Source: Octopus sinensis (lineage: Eukaryota). Taken from it: a DNA stretch of 36,033 nt. The position numbers were made by a program, and so were the translations under genes. The notes beneath the pieces were generated by a model. The model searched no databases. It was not told the DNA's origin and worked only from the letters and a program-made list of their open reading frames with translations. Location: NCBI RefSeq assembly GCF_006345805.1, contig NW_021826248.1, positions 1 through 36,033 of the forward strand. Direction: 5' to 3'. How positions within the stretch are numbered: position 1 is the first letter of the stretch; each line of letters starts with the position of its first letter. This document shows positions 12,220 to 24,128 of this stretch, in pieces.

Positions 12220-13079
12220 CTAACCTGTATGAACACGTTTGTGGTTAGTTAAGTTACCACTTTGATAGAATGATTTACCACAGATATCACAGTGATATGG
12301 CTTGTCCACTGTATGAGTACGTATGTGAATAGCTAAGCTTTGATAACGAGAGAATGATTTACCACAGATATCACAGTGATATCGTTTGTCCCCTGTATGA
12401 ATACCTTTGTGCTGAGTTAAGTTACTGCCATTAGAGAATGATTTACCACAGATATCACAGTGATATGTTTTGTCCACTGTATGAATACGTATATGAATAG
12501 CTAAGCTACGATAACGAGAGAATGATTTACCACAGATATCACAGTGATATGGCTTGTCCACTGTATGAGTACGTATGTGAATAGCTAAGCTACGATAACG
12601 AGAGAATGATTTACCACAGATATCACAGTGATGTGGTTTCTCCCCTGTATGAATACCTTTGTGCTGAGTTAAGTTACTGCCATTAGAGAATGATTTACCA
12701 CAGATATCACAGTGATATGGTTTCTCTCCAGTATGAACCCATTTGTGAGTAGTTAAGCCACTGCTTTGAGAGAATGATGTACCACAGATATCACAGGAAT
12801 ATGGTTTCTCTCCTGTATGAATACGTGTGTGTTGAGTTAAGCCACTGTCCTGAGAAAATGACTTACCACAGATATCACAGTGGTATGGTTTCTCCCCTGT
12901 ATGAATACGTTTGTGCTTAGTTAAGCTATCGCTTCGAGAGAATGATTTACCACAGATATCACAAGTATATGGTTGTTCCTCTGTATGAATTTGTTTGTGT
13001 TGATTGAATTTACTTTCTTCTAAGAATGACTCTTTGCAGATGTCACAGTCATATGATGATTTTCTAATTCTTCCGACAT
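12220..13079 (-). CDS. Tandem C2H2 zinc-finger protein, 10 intact fingers (~286 aa if one A is restored near 13068-13070); functional gene or recent pseudogene
   Basis: Stop-free frame 13083-12220 encodes Y-x-CDIC-x3-F-x5-L-x2-H-x3-H fingers with TGEKP-type linkers. The ATG at 13079 (ATG TCG GAA GAA TTA GAA) is one base out of frame; adding one A gives MSEEIRKSSYDCDIC. No KRAB or other effector domain is visible. Confidence 0.85.
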
Positions 13080-13335
13080 CTCTTCAAGAAAAATATAATC
13101 AATCCTTCAAGTTGTACAGATCAACAAATTTAAAAGAGAAAATTATCTCTTGCACATTTCAGAAGTAAAGAAATGCTTTCTCTCTCAGAGGAAATATTTT
13201 ACTGTAATTCAGCAATGTTTTATAGAAGCAGGATTATACGTTTGTAGAATATCTTTGCAGAGTCTTTCAAACATGATACATATTGATGATTCTTTAAAAG
13301 TAAAAAATACTTTTTAGCCAATTTCATGTGATTTT

Positions 13336-13362
13336 CTGAAAGAATAGAAAAAATAATATAAG
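13336..13362 (-). promoter_or_regulatory. Splice acceptor of the ZNF coding exon
   Basis: Minus strand cttatattattttttctattctttcAG|aaaatc, about 255 bp upstream of the ATG. Confidence 0.6.
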
Positions 13363-13650
13363 ACATGAAGTATGTTTAAAAGGCAGATATTCAAAAGTGC
13401 AAATTTACGACATTTCTGTTTTCATAAATTGTAGAAGTAATTCTTTATCTGAACTATTATATTTATCCCATTTCTGCATTACCAAAATGTTTATATCAAA
13501 GAGTAGACACATCTATTATAATACCAACTCCTGGAATATAAAGTCTGTCATAGACACACTAATATACATATAAATGACACTAGATTTCTGATATTTTCAT
13601 TGCAGTCCTGTATCTTTGTTTGCTAAAATAGATATCGCTCTTTCCTTACC

Positions 13651-13951
13651 TTCATCATCATCGTTTAACATCTGCCTTCCATGCTGGTATGGGTTCTGAG
13701 GTTTGACTGAGGACTGGCAAGCCATGAGGCTGAACAAGGTTTCAATCTTATCAGGCAAGATTTCTACAGCTGGATGCTGTTTGAGCGTGTAGCAGTTGCC
13801 TTTTATGTGCCACGAAGCCAGTCAGGTAGCATTGGCATCGACCATGCTTGAAAGGAGCTTTGTATGTGCCACCGGCATGGGTGCAAGTCAGGCAGCACTA
13901 GCATCAATCATGCTCGAATGGTACTTTTTACATGCTACCTGCATGGGAGCC
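13651..13951 (-). mobile_element. Older, diverged RTE 3'-tail fragment or RTE-tail SINE
   Basis: Reverse complement ends cccataccagcatggaaggcagatgttaaacgatgatgatg and carries degenerate ggtggcac(a/g)taaaa repeats like the RTE 3' UTR. Confidence 0.75.

Positions 13952-13954
<3 letters not shown>

Positions 13955-13998
<44 letters not shown>
13955..13998. repeat. (TA)n microsatellite
   Basis: Direct reading. Confidence 0.98.
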
Positions 13999-14002
<4 letters not shown>

Positions 14003-14884
14003 TATTAGACAAAAGAAACAGGTTCGGAAGGACTGGAAGAACGGTGGTAGCAGGGAAGTGTATCAGACTGCCAGAAGGGAAGCTATGAGGCAGGTGTATT
14101 TACCAGAGGGGAAGCAGATAAGAAAAAATTTGCCAATGTTCTGCGCCGTGAGGATGAAAGACTTGAGGTATTTCGTGTTGCAAGACAGTGTGTGAGAGAG
14201 AATCGTGACATGGTAGGAGAGAAATGTGTTCGCAAGGATGACGGTTCACTTGCGCTAAATGAGGATGCAAAGAGAGAGGTTTAGAGACGCCACTATGAAA
14301 GATTGCTGAATGAGGAAAATGAATGGGATAAAGAGAGCCTGCTGAATGTCGACCCAACAGAGGGACCAGCAATCCGAGTTGACAGTTCCTTAGTAGTTAA
14401 GGCAATTACAAGCATGAAAACAGGGAAAGCCCCAGGCCCATCAGGAATTACTGCAGAGATGCTCAAAATATCTGGTAGTGTCAGCTATAGCCTAGTCACC
14501 CATATAGTTAACCAGGTGATACATGAATGAGTCATACCCAATGACTGGTGTAGCAGCATTATAGTCAACTGCTACAAAGGTAAAAGTGACGCCCTAGATA
14601 CAAATAACTACAGGGGTATCAAGCTGCTGGATCAGGTAATGAAGTTACGGAGAGGGTTATAGCCCAACTAATAGGAGAGGTTAGTTTAGATGAGATGCAG
14701 TTTGGGTTTGTGCATGGAAAAGTACTACTGATGCTATATTCCTGGTGACAGCTGCAGGAGTCTAGCCAGAGAGAAGTACCTGTACTCTTGGGTTTGGGAA
14801 TGAGAAAGATAAGCCCCTGTACCTGGCTTTTGTTGACATGGAGAAAGCCTTTGACAGGGTCCCCGATCCCTTATCTGGTGGTCA

Positions 14885-16009
14885 ATGAGGAAACTAGGGA
14901 TAGATGAATGGTTAGTGAGAGCTGTGCGAGCCATGTACAGAGACGCTGCTAGCGAGGTGAGGGTTGGCAACGAGTACAGTGAAGAACTCCGGGTAGAGGT
15001 TGGGGTCCACCAAGGTTCAGTCCTCAGTCCCCTCCTATTTATCATAGTCCTCCAGGCAATAACGGAGGAATTCAAGACAGGATGCCCCTGGGAGCTCCTC
15101 TATGCTGATGACCTTGCTCTAATTGCTGAGTCACTATCAGAACTGGAGGAGAAGTTTCAGGTGTGGAAGCAAGGTTTAGAATCGAAGGGCCTTAGAATCA
15201 ACCTAGCCAAAACCAAAGTCCTAATAAGTAGGAAGATAGACCAATCACAGACGCCTTCAGGTAGATGGCCCTGCTCGATGTGTAAAAAAGGTGTAGGTAG
15301 AAACTCTATAAGGTGCACCAAGTGTAAGCTATGGACACATAAGAAGTGCAGCAATGTCAAAGGAAGGCTAACTAGGAAAATAGTTTTTGTCTGTGGCAGA
15401 TGCTCAGGAGTAATAAACACTGAAAATGTGCAGAGACCAACTTCTACCATGTTCCAGGGAGAAAAACTAGAAGTAGTTGATAGCTTCCGCTACCTAGGTG
15501 ACCAAGTCAGTAGCGGGGGTGGGTGTGCTGAAAGTGTAACTGCTAGAGTAAGAATAGCCTGGGCAAAGTTTAGAGAGCTCTTACCCCTGCTGGTGACAAA
15601 AGGCCTCTCACTCAGAGTAAAAGGCAGACTGTATGATGCATGTGTATGTACAGCCATGCTACATGGTAATGAAACATGGGCTGTGACTGCTGAGGATATG
15701 TGTAAGCTCACTAGAAATGAAGCCAGTATGCTCCGATGGATATGTAATGTCAGTGTTCATAATCGACAGAGTGGAAGTACCTTGAGAGAAAAGTTGGACC
15801 AAAGAAGCATCAGTTGTGGTGTGCAAGAAAGACGTTTGCGCTGGTATGGTCATGTGACGAGAATGGCTGAAGATAGTTGTGTGCAAAAGTGCCACACCCT
15901 AGCAGTTGAGGGAACCTGTGGAAGAGGTAGACCCAGGAAAACCTGGGACGAGGTGGTGAAGCACGACCTTCGAACTTTAGGTCTCACCAAGGAAATAACT
16001 AGAGACTGA
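14885..16009 (+). pseudogene. RTE reverse transcriptase ORF remnant with an internal PHD-type zinc finger (coding region extends upstream to ~14000 with stops and frameshifts)
   Basis: 374-aa ORF with QGSVLSP and YADD motifs. C-x2-C-x10-C-x2-C-x4-H-x2-C-x14-C-x2-C at 15272-15403. Upstream TGA at 14528-14530 and disruptions near 14640-14870. Confidence 0.9.
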
Positions 16010-16256
16010 GACCAATGGAAGTATGCTGTGTGTGAGAAGACCCGGTAAGACTAGTGAGACCATAACCCGTGGCCTCTTCCTGGTATGTAGCCAGTCGACT
16101 TATACATACCTTTCCTTCTTGGGACACAAAACTCCACTTGTGAAGACCCGTTGAGGCAAGTGAAAATCAAAATCAAACCAAATCAAATCAGATATCAGAA
16201 AGCAGAACCAAAATCGAAGTCGATCAACATCAATGGAAATTGCAGCTGTAATACCA

Positions 16257-16537
16257 GTGCTGATGACAAGTAAGCAAACCATCCGATTGTGGCCGTAGCC
16301 AGCGCCGCCTCGACTGGCCTCCGTGCCGGTGGCACGTAAAAGCACCATCCGTCCGTGGCCGTTGCCAGTGCCGCCCCGACTGGCCTTCGTGCCGGTGGAA
16401 CGTAAAGGGACCATCCGTTCGTGGCCGTTGCCAGCCCTGCTTGGCCGCCGTGCCGGTGGCACGTAATAGCTCCATCCGTTCGTGGCCGTTGGCAGCCTAG
16501 CCTGGACCCCGTGCCAGTGGCACGTAAAAAGGACCCA
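16257..16537 (+). repeat. GC-rich tandem repeat (5 units, spacing 66/66/61/61 bp) in the RTE 3' UTR, copy B
   Basis: gtgc(c) unit starts at 16257, 16323, 16389, 16450 and 16511. Confidence 0.9.
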
Positions 16538-16839
16538 CTACTCTCACGGAGTGGTTGGCGTCAGGAAGGGCATTCAGCCGTAGAAACACTGCCAGATCAG
16601 ACTGGGCCTGATGCAGCCTTCTGGCTTCACAGACCCCAGTTGAACCGTCCAACCCATGCTAGCATGGAAAGCGGAGGCTAAATGATGATGATGATGATAT
16701 ATATACGGTTAGCTCAACGTTAATATTTTGGTGAGCATAAAAGATGAATAAATGTCAGTAAATAATATTGATGTCTCTATTACAGCATCAAAATCCTTAG
16801 TGGGGAAATTTTAATGTAGGAAAAATTATTGGTTGATGT

Positions 16840-17027
16840 GGAGAATGAAAGCCAGATTCCTCCAAAGAGTTTGGTGCGTCCTGAAGAAGGCAATGTGCTG
16901 TTGAAATGGCTGCCACGTTCACCTGAGCCGACACCTTTTCCGTTTCTTTCTCAAGGAGGGCCTAGTCTATGTCTCTCCTCTTCCTGCAAGCCAGAGGAAC
17001 TTAAGCAGAGAATTATTACCATACTGG
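16840..17027 (+). mobile_element. Tc1/mariner transposase C-terminal remnant, copy B
   Basis: LLKWLPRSPEPTP...EELKQRIIT in ORF 16829-17161. Confidence 0.7.
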
Positions 17028-17691
17028 TCGTGAGATGTGCGAAAAATAACAGCTACATAGCTCATAAATCACAGTTGATTTTTTTCTTTTTTTGGTTGCA
17101 TGACCAAACGAATTCTCGTACGCAAAAATTTCTGAAAATTCCCCCAAATAAAAATATGTGACGAGGGATTATATTAGGTGCTTAAAGCAGCACTCCACAC
17201 ACACACAAAATTAAATAAATTAGAAAACCATATTAATTCTAACTTTTAATGATGCAGAAGAACCACACCAGAAATAAAGACTTCCTACGTTTCAAATAAA
17301 AGCCGTTTCATTTCCTCTCGATACGATATTTGCTTTTCGTTTCAGTATTTCAAGTGCACACTCACATTTTGTACATTCCCCATTTCTTACTAATTACGTC
17401 GTAATTTTCCCGCATTTAACGAAATCGTCGAATTTACACGTTAGAAAGAAAGATAAATGTTATCTAAACAAGGGATTGATCCGACGTTTTACAAATAATT
17501 TAGAAAATAACCAAAAGTGCAATGAAATGTCTAAAAGAAAACGACAACACAATGAAAGTATTAAAATTACAGCCTTTCGTATAATTTCGTTTTGTGAGAT
17601 TTTTTTTCTTTTAACTTTCTCAACACATCGAAACAAATAAATGTACATAATACGACACATATATAATAGAAATGTTTAAATAAATACTTAC

Positions 17692-17790
17692 ATAGTAATA
17701 GATATGGAGAGAAAGAGTGAGGAGGAAGATGTGAGAACTGGAGTCAGAGTGGACAACAACAGCTTCAAGAGAATTTCTAGGTTTACAACA
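17692..17790 (-). other. Candidate non-coding 5' exon of the ZNF gene, copy B (5' boundary uncertain)
   Basis: Donor GTAAGTA at 17691-17685, upstream of and co-oriented with the acceptor at 13336. Confidence 0.45.
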
Positions 17791-19167
17791 AAACGTTAAT
17801 TAATATTTTTCAGGTCCACATAATCGTAAATGCTGTATCTATTTGTTTAGACAGTTAATTACCAATCATTTGTATATATTTGATTGATTTTCTCTTAAAT
17901 ATCAGTTGTCAAGTGGAAGTGATCAAACAATCAAGGTGCGTGAGAAACAAGAACAAGAAATACACTTAATTAGGAAGAGTTTTGACAATGAACAACGGAG
18001 TTAACTCCAGTCTTCAAAGAATTGCGGCTCTACTTGGTAGATTTGGATTTGTGAAAGAGATTTCTTCAATACTCGGCTTCATCACTGTTATGTGTAGTTT
18101 CCTTCTAATGGGATAGACAACTCAATACGAAGCATAGTTATTCTTTTACGTGTTTATTTAGTTTTTCATGTTACAAGAACTGGACTACACTCAGCGCAGC
18201 GACACTTATAACTTTAGACACAGCGTAGTAATAATATAAAATAGTGCCAAAAGCGGGGACGTATTCCACACACGCACGCCCACGCATATATATAAATGTG
18301 TAACATCTTTTCTTCTTGAAAAAAAAGGGGTCTTTTGGCAATGAAGACAAATATAGTAGTCTCCCTTACTCTAATGGATTGTCAGCGAGAGGTGGCCATC
18401 CTGCAGCAGAAACCGTGAGATTATTCTGCCTCTGCTTTGTAATCGAGCAGAATTAGTTATTTATCTTTTCATTTAATTTTTTTTTGAAAAACACTTTATC
18501 ATGAATAAAAAGAGAAAATATTTTTTCTTTAACAGTATCGAACCGGTGGCAGGATGTTCTTTCTACATCTGGTGGATCTTGTGCTTAGCACCGGTGTCTG
18601 TGAGTGGTTGGTGCCCATTGGGATGATGATTCTGTGGGTGTTGTCACTGATGCAGCAGGTGTTGTACTCGTTGTCTGCTGATGGGTGGATGTTACATTTA
18701 TAATGTGGTGGACCTTTATGCTTTGTCCTTCCATCTCCTGTTTATCATGTGAGGATAGTCTGGAAAGAACATCCGCCAATATCAGGTCTTTTCCTGGCTT
18801 GTACCTGATATCATAGTCGTATGTTTGAAGCCTTAACAGTAATCTTTGCAGTCTGGCTGGTGCTTTTGTCAGGTTCTTTCTATGTATTTGTTCTAGCGGG
18901 CGATGGTCTGCTTCAATATTGAAATGTCTGCCATACAGGTATGTATGGAACTTTTCACATCTATATACTACTGCCAGGAGTTCCCTTTCAATATTTGCAT
19001 ACCTTGTCTCCGTGGGTGAGAGAGCTTTCGAGGCATATGCAATGGGTTTACCTTCCTGTATCAGTGCTGGGCCAACTCCTCTCATAGAAGCATCGACTTG
19101 GAGTGTTACTGGTTTGCGTCTGTCATAGTATTGCAGAGTTGTCACTAACTGATGAGCTTTTTGATTT

Positions 19168-20956
19168 TGTAAAGGGAACTGGTTGCTTCTTTACACTTTT
19201 GGGGTGCAACTTGGGTGCAACACAATTTCCTTTCTTTAGATTCCAGAAACTTCCAGTCATGAACAAGAACACAACCTTAAAAAATATATATATCTCTTTA
19301 TTTTCTTATTTACAACAGAAATTCGTTGGTATCTTGGTATCCACTTGGTGAGAAATAGCAAAACTGAATTTTGACGTTTGTAAGCTTGTTACAACAATTC
19401 AGCAGCAATAGAACAGATATTCAACAGCAACAGAGCAAGTCGTCTCGGCGCTATTAAGGAAAACGCCCTAGTCTGTCCCCTTCAGTCTCTAGTGCATGCG
19501 CATGAGGGAACTTTATGCCTTTCCAGAAGGTTCCAACCCCGCACATGCGCACTGAAGAAGTACGTACCGCACACGCACCTGAAGAATGACGTTGCATGTG
19601 CGCGCACTGGAATATGACGTCAGTATAAAGGCTCCCCCTCGAGTGCGGAAGCACGAAACAAAATTCCTTGTAGTGGCTTCAGAATATAAGGTGGATACCA
19701 AATCACCAAAATGGCACACAATATGACTAATTAAAACAAAAAAAAATCCATAATATAAACAAGCATGCAGCAACGGAAAAGAAAAAATACTCAAATGAAC
19801 AAAGTTCAATTAGTATCGTAACTGTCACTGGGAAGTCAATTGAGAATGTTAAATATAAATCGTCTTTGAAAGTTTCTTTGGCCAGTGAACAGTTCTGCCT
19901 GACCTCGTAACATAAGGTTTGTTCAAGGCGGGCTGCGACGACGAAGGGGGTGTTGCCGCTGTTGGTGTTGTCAAAGGTGCATGTGTGAATGGTGGTGTTG
20001 TCAAAGGCGCATGTGAAGGCTCAACGATGCTTGTGGCAGTGGGGTCATCAAAAGATGTGGACACCTCAAAATATGCCCTTTTAAGACGATCTACGGAGAC
20101 GGTCTCCGAACGACCGTTAATGTCAAGTTTGAATACTTTCGGCGTGCGGGAAATCACACGGAAAGGTCCTTTATAAGGAGAAACAAGAGGTCCTTTGACA
20201 GAATCATCACGAACAAAGACATGCGTCCAAGAATCAAGATCTGATGGCACATTAGAAGGAGGATTTTGGTGTCGAGGGCCCATAGGAGGAAGTGCAGAAA
20301 AATATCTGCGTAGTCGAGCAACATAAGACTCTAAATTAAGAGACTGTGACTTATCTGGCACCAACATCGTACCAGGCAATGCCAGTGTGGTACCATACAA
20401 GAGCTCGGCAGCAGAAAAACCAAGGTCTGCTTTAATCGCAGTCCAACATCCAAGCAGGACGATAGGAAGAAATTCAGTCCACAACTGTGGATTCGGCCTG
20501 TGGAAACGCTCCACCATCCCATTAGGAGCGGGATGGTAACTAGTGGTGCGTATATGATGTATCCCTAGGATTCGTGATAACTCACGAAATAAAACCGCTT
20601 CGAATTGTCGACCACGATCTGTTGTTAAACTGGACGGTACACCATACCTAGAAATCCAATTAGACACGAAAGCTTTTGCAGCAGTTTCAGCAGAAATGTC
20701 TGCTATAGGAATAGCTTCTGGCCAACGTGAGAAACGTTCGATACAAGTTAAAATATATATTAAGTAAAACGTCCTAGTCTGTCCCCTTCAGTCTCTAGCG
20801 CATGCGCATGAGGGAACTTCCCTATGCTTTTCCAGAAGGTTCCAACCCCGCACATGCGCACTGAAGAAGGACGTTTCGCACACGCACCTGAAGAATGACG
20901 TTGCGTGTGCGCGCACTGGAATATGACGTCACGCACTGGAATATGACGTCACTACA
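19168..20956 (-). mobile_element. Nested, internally deleted Gypsy (integrase-only), copy B
   Basis: Same junctions as copy A (ATTT/ATTG). Integrase ORF 19849-20667 has a ~27-bp deletion and a ~30-bp duplication relative to copy A; there is a ~20-bp tandem duplication in the 5' LTR. Confidence 0.88.
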
Positions 20957-23262
20957 ATTGCTTCGAAATCCTGTGTGTGTGAAGCACACCAATCAAACTC
21001 TACGTCATCTTTGTTTAGTTCTCGGAGATTTGCAGTGTGATCGGCCAGCTTGGGTATGAAGGCTCCCATGTAGTGAATGAGTCCCTGGAAGCTCCAGAGT
21101 TCCTTCCTGTCTTTAGGTTCTTTAATGTCTCTGATGGCTTCCACTTTAGCGGGGTCTGGTTTCACTCCCTCTGCAGAGTATATAATTCCAAAGAATTTGC
21201 ACTCCTTTGCTTTGATCACACATTTGTCTGCATTGAGTTTGATGCCTGCTTGTCGGGTTTTCTCCATAGCTTCATGTAAATTGAAGTCATGTGTGGTCTC
21301 ATCCTTGCCATTCACTTGGATGTCATCTGCTATTCCAATTGCTCCCTTGCAGCCTTGGTAGGTCTCATCTATTTGGCACTGGAAAACATCTTGGCTCACC
21401 TTCAATCCAAATGGGAGTCGGTTGAATCGATATCTGCCAAAATTGTGTGTTGAAGGTCGTGAGCATGGATGACTCTTTGTCTATCTTTACATTCCAGTAC
21501 CCATTACTGGCATCCAGTTTGCTGAATAATCTGGACCCAGCCAATGATGGTGTGATTTCTTCAAGGGTTGGCATTGGATGGTACTCTCTTTTTAATGTCT
21601 TGTTCAGGTCCCTTGGGTCGAGGCATATCCGTAGGGTACCATTGGGTTTTTCCTTGATTACAATTGAATTCACCCTGTCTGTTGGTCGTGTCACTTTGGT
21701 GATTATTTCTTTTTTTCCATTCTGTCCAACTCTGTCTTCAGCTTCTCTTTTAGTTCTAGAGGGACGCGGCGAGGTGGGTGAACAATTGGTTTGATATTGG
21801 GGTTGACTGTTATATGGTATCGACATTTCACAAAGCACCCGACTGTATTGTCAAAGCATTCAGGGTACATGCTTATCAGTTCCTCTTTGTTTGTGAATGG
21901 TGGTCGGTCTTTGATAGGCATATCTCTGTCAATCCTGCTCGGAGTTGCCTTCACTTCACCATTGATTGACACAATATTTAGCTTTTTGCAGGTATTGAGT
22001 CCAAGAATTGATTGTTTTTCCTTTGTGTGTCCCTGTGATTGTTGTTTTGCCCAGTTGTGGAATCCTGGTACTCCGTACGCAGTGAGGATTACATCACTGG
22101 TGTGTGAGGATTCCTTCTTTGACTTTATCCTCTTGTGTCATGTGTTCTGGGAACATCTTTTTGTGGAGGTTGACAGGCAAGATATCACTCTGGGCTCCAG
22201 TGTCAATCTTCAGCCTTAAGTCAATGTTTATTCGTTTCTTGCCAGACTTCTTTTGTATTCTTATTGTTGTGTATGCCTCATTTTTTCTCTGGTCGCCATT
22301 CCCCATCTCATGCACATTTATTGTGCCGACTGCCAAGAATTCCTCCTCTGAGGTGTTTTGTTCCTGTAGTTGTGCATGTATATCTCTTTGTCTTCTCTTT
22401 GAAAGTTGGGGCTTGTATTTCTGGGATTTTGTCAACCTACACATTTTTTTCCAGTGGTTAGGTTTACCACATGCTTTGCAGTGTGTACCGAACGCAGGAC
22501 ATTTCTTCCGGTTGTCGAACTCATGCTCTGTACCACAGTACTGGCATGTTCTTTGTTTGCGGGTACGTTTCGTCCTGTGCCTAGATACAATATCTACACT
22601 GCTGCCTAGTGAGCTTGTTTGTAAGGTAAGAAGTGGGCCATTTGTTTGGTAGTGGCTTCGAATGCTCTTGCAGTGTCTACTGCTTCTATCAACTGGAGAG
22701 CGTCCTTACCTATGAGGGATTTCTGAAACTTTTATGAGCACACCCCATATTAATTGATCAACAATTCTTTTGTCCTTATCTTTGAATTTGCATTTTTCGA
22801 CAACATTCTTCAGTCTGGACAGAAATTGTCAATCGTTTCTTGTGGGTCTTGTTTTAGGGCCTGGAATTCGTATCTGTGAATTCTATGGTTCGATCTGGGC
22901 TCTAGGTGCCTTTCAAATTTCTCTAAAAGTGTGTCTGGGTTATTGCAATCCGATTCTGACATGTCCCAGCTATTGAATAGGTCTAGGCCCTTCTCTCCCG
23001 TCCATGTAGCTCACCTTTTCATCTTCAGTCGTGCCTTTCAGGAAACTTTCGAAAGCTAGTTGAGTTTTGAATTTCTTGAACGCTTCCATGATATCATCGG
23101 AGTCCCAGTTCATGATCGGATGTAGATTCATCTGTACGGTGACGGAGGTCGCCATTTTGGATCCTCGTGTATGTGTGTCCGGAGACGAAGCGATGTTTTG
23201 TTTGTTAATTTCTGGTTCGTTGTGTTTCTGTTTTGTTGTAAAGGCACAGTTTCCGATTAATT

Positions 23263-23280
23263 ATCCCACCGCTGCCACCA
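23263..23280 (-). promoter_or_regulatory. tRNA-Leu primer-binding site, copy B
   Basis: ATCCCACCGCTGCCACCA directly adjacent to the LTR start TGTTATG at 23281. Confidence 0.85.
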
Positions 23281-24128
23281 TGTTATGTGTTGTTTCGTTC
23301 TAATGGGATAAACAACCAATATGAAGCCATTGTTATCGTTTATGTGTTTATTTACTTTTTCATGTTACACGAACTGGACTACATTCAGCGCAGCGACACC
23401 GATATATCTTAAGACACAGCGTAGTAATACTTATAAAATAGTGCCAAAAGCGGGGACGCATTCCACACATGCACGTGGCTCTACTTTATAGATTTGGTAT
23501 TTTGTGAAAGAGATTTCTTCAATATTCGGCTTCATCACTATTATTGTTATTATCACCAACCCTTTTCCGTTTTACGGCCACGTGTTGAAATGTTCGAGTG
23601 TAGGGAAAATTTCCGTATTTGAGGTATCCCTATAATTTTCCACACTATATTCCATCAGTTAATTTGCTTCTTCCACATAAAAATTTTTTTTAAAGTTACT
23701 GTGGTTTAAAGTTTGATCATTCTTACCGATTTAGAAAACAATATTTGGAAGCTGTCATTGTGTTCATGTAAAAAAGTGGGGAGAAATATCAAATTATTGT
23801 GATTTTGTACTTTTTACAAGGAAATTCATACGATTCTGCAAATACGTGATAGAAAAAACTTTGTTCAATCAAAAGACAAATTACTTTTAACTCTGCACTG
23901 TCCATCACCATTTCCTCCACCACAACCATTATCTCTCTCTTTCTCTCTCTTTGTGCCTCAAATCTCACCATCAGAACATCACCACTCTGCTAAAATTATA
24001 TTGCTAACTTCTCTATATCATCAACTTCAACTAACTTTTTTAACCATGTAATAAATATTATGTTCCCCCTATCACATATCATGTACGCTTCTCTCTGTCC
24101 CTCTTTGTGTCTTACTCTTTGCTTTAAT

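Larger units (their letters stand above)
13999..16698 (+). mobile_element. RTE-clade LINE, copy B, 5'-truncated (no endonuclease), sitting in a (TA)n tract
   Basis: Translates as KTGKAPGPSGITAEMLK...IPNDW...NYRGIKLL...GVHQGSVLSPLLF...LLYADDL...RRLRWYGHV..GRPRKTW. Ends in a (TGA)n tail; (TA)n on both sides. Confidence 0.95.
18086..23476 (-). mobile_element. Ty3/Gypsy host element, integrase-less, copy B
   Basis: 3' LTR 18086-18305, PPT 18306-18317, RNase H ORF 18585-19145, RT 20957-21970, protease DTG in ORF 22094-22444, gag to 23155, PBS 23263-23280, 5' LTR 23281-23476. Confidence 0.92.

Noticed and set aside
13080-13335. Possible N-terminal effector (KRAB/SCAN/ZAD) exon
   Set aside because: Stops in the finger frame and no recognisable motif; treated as 5' UTR.
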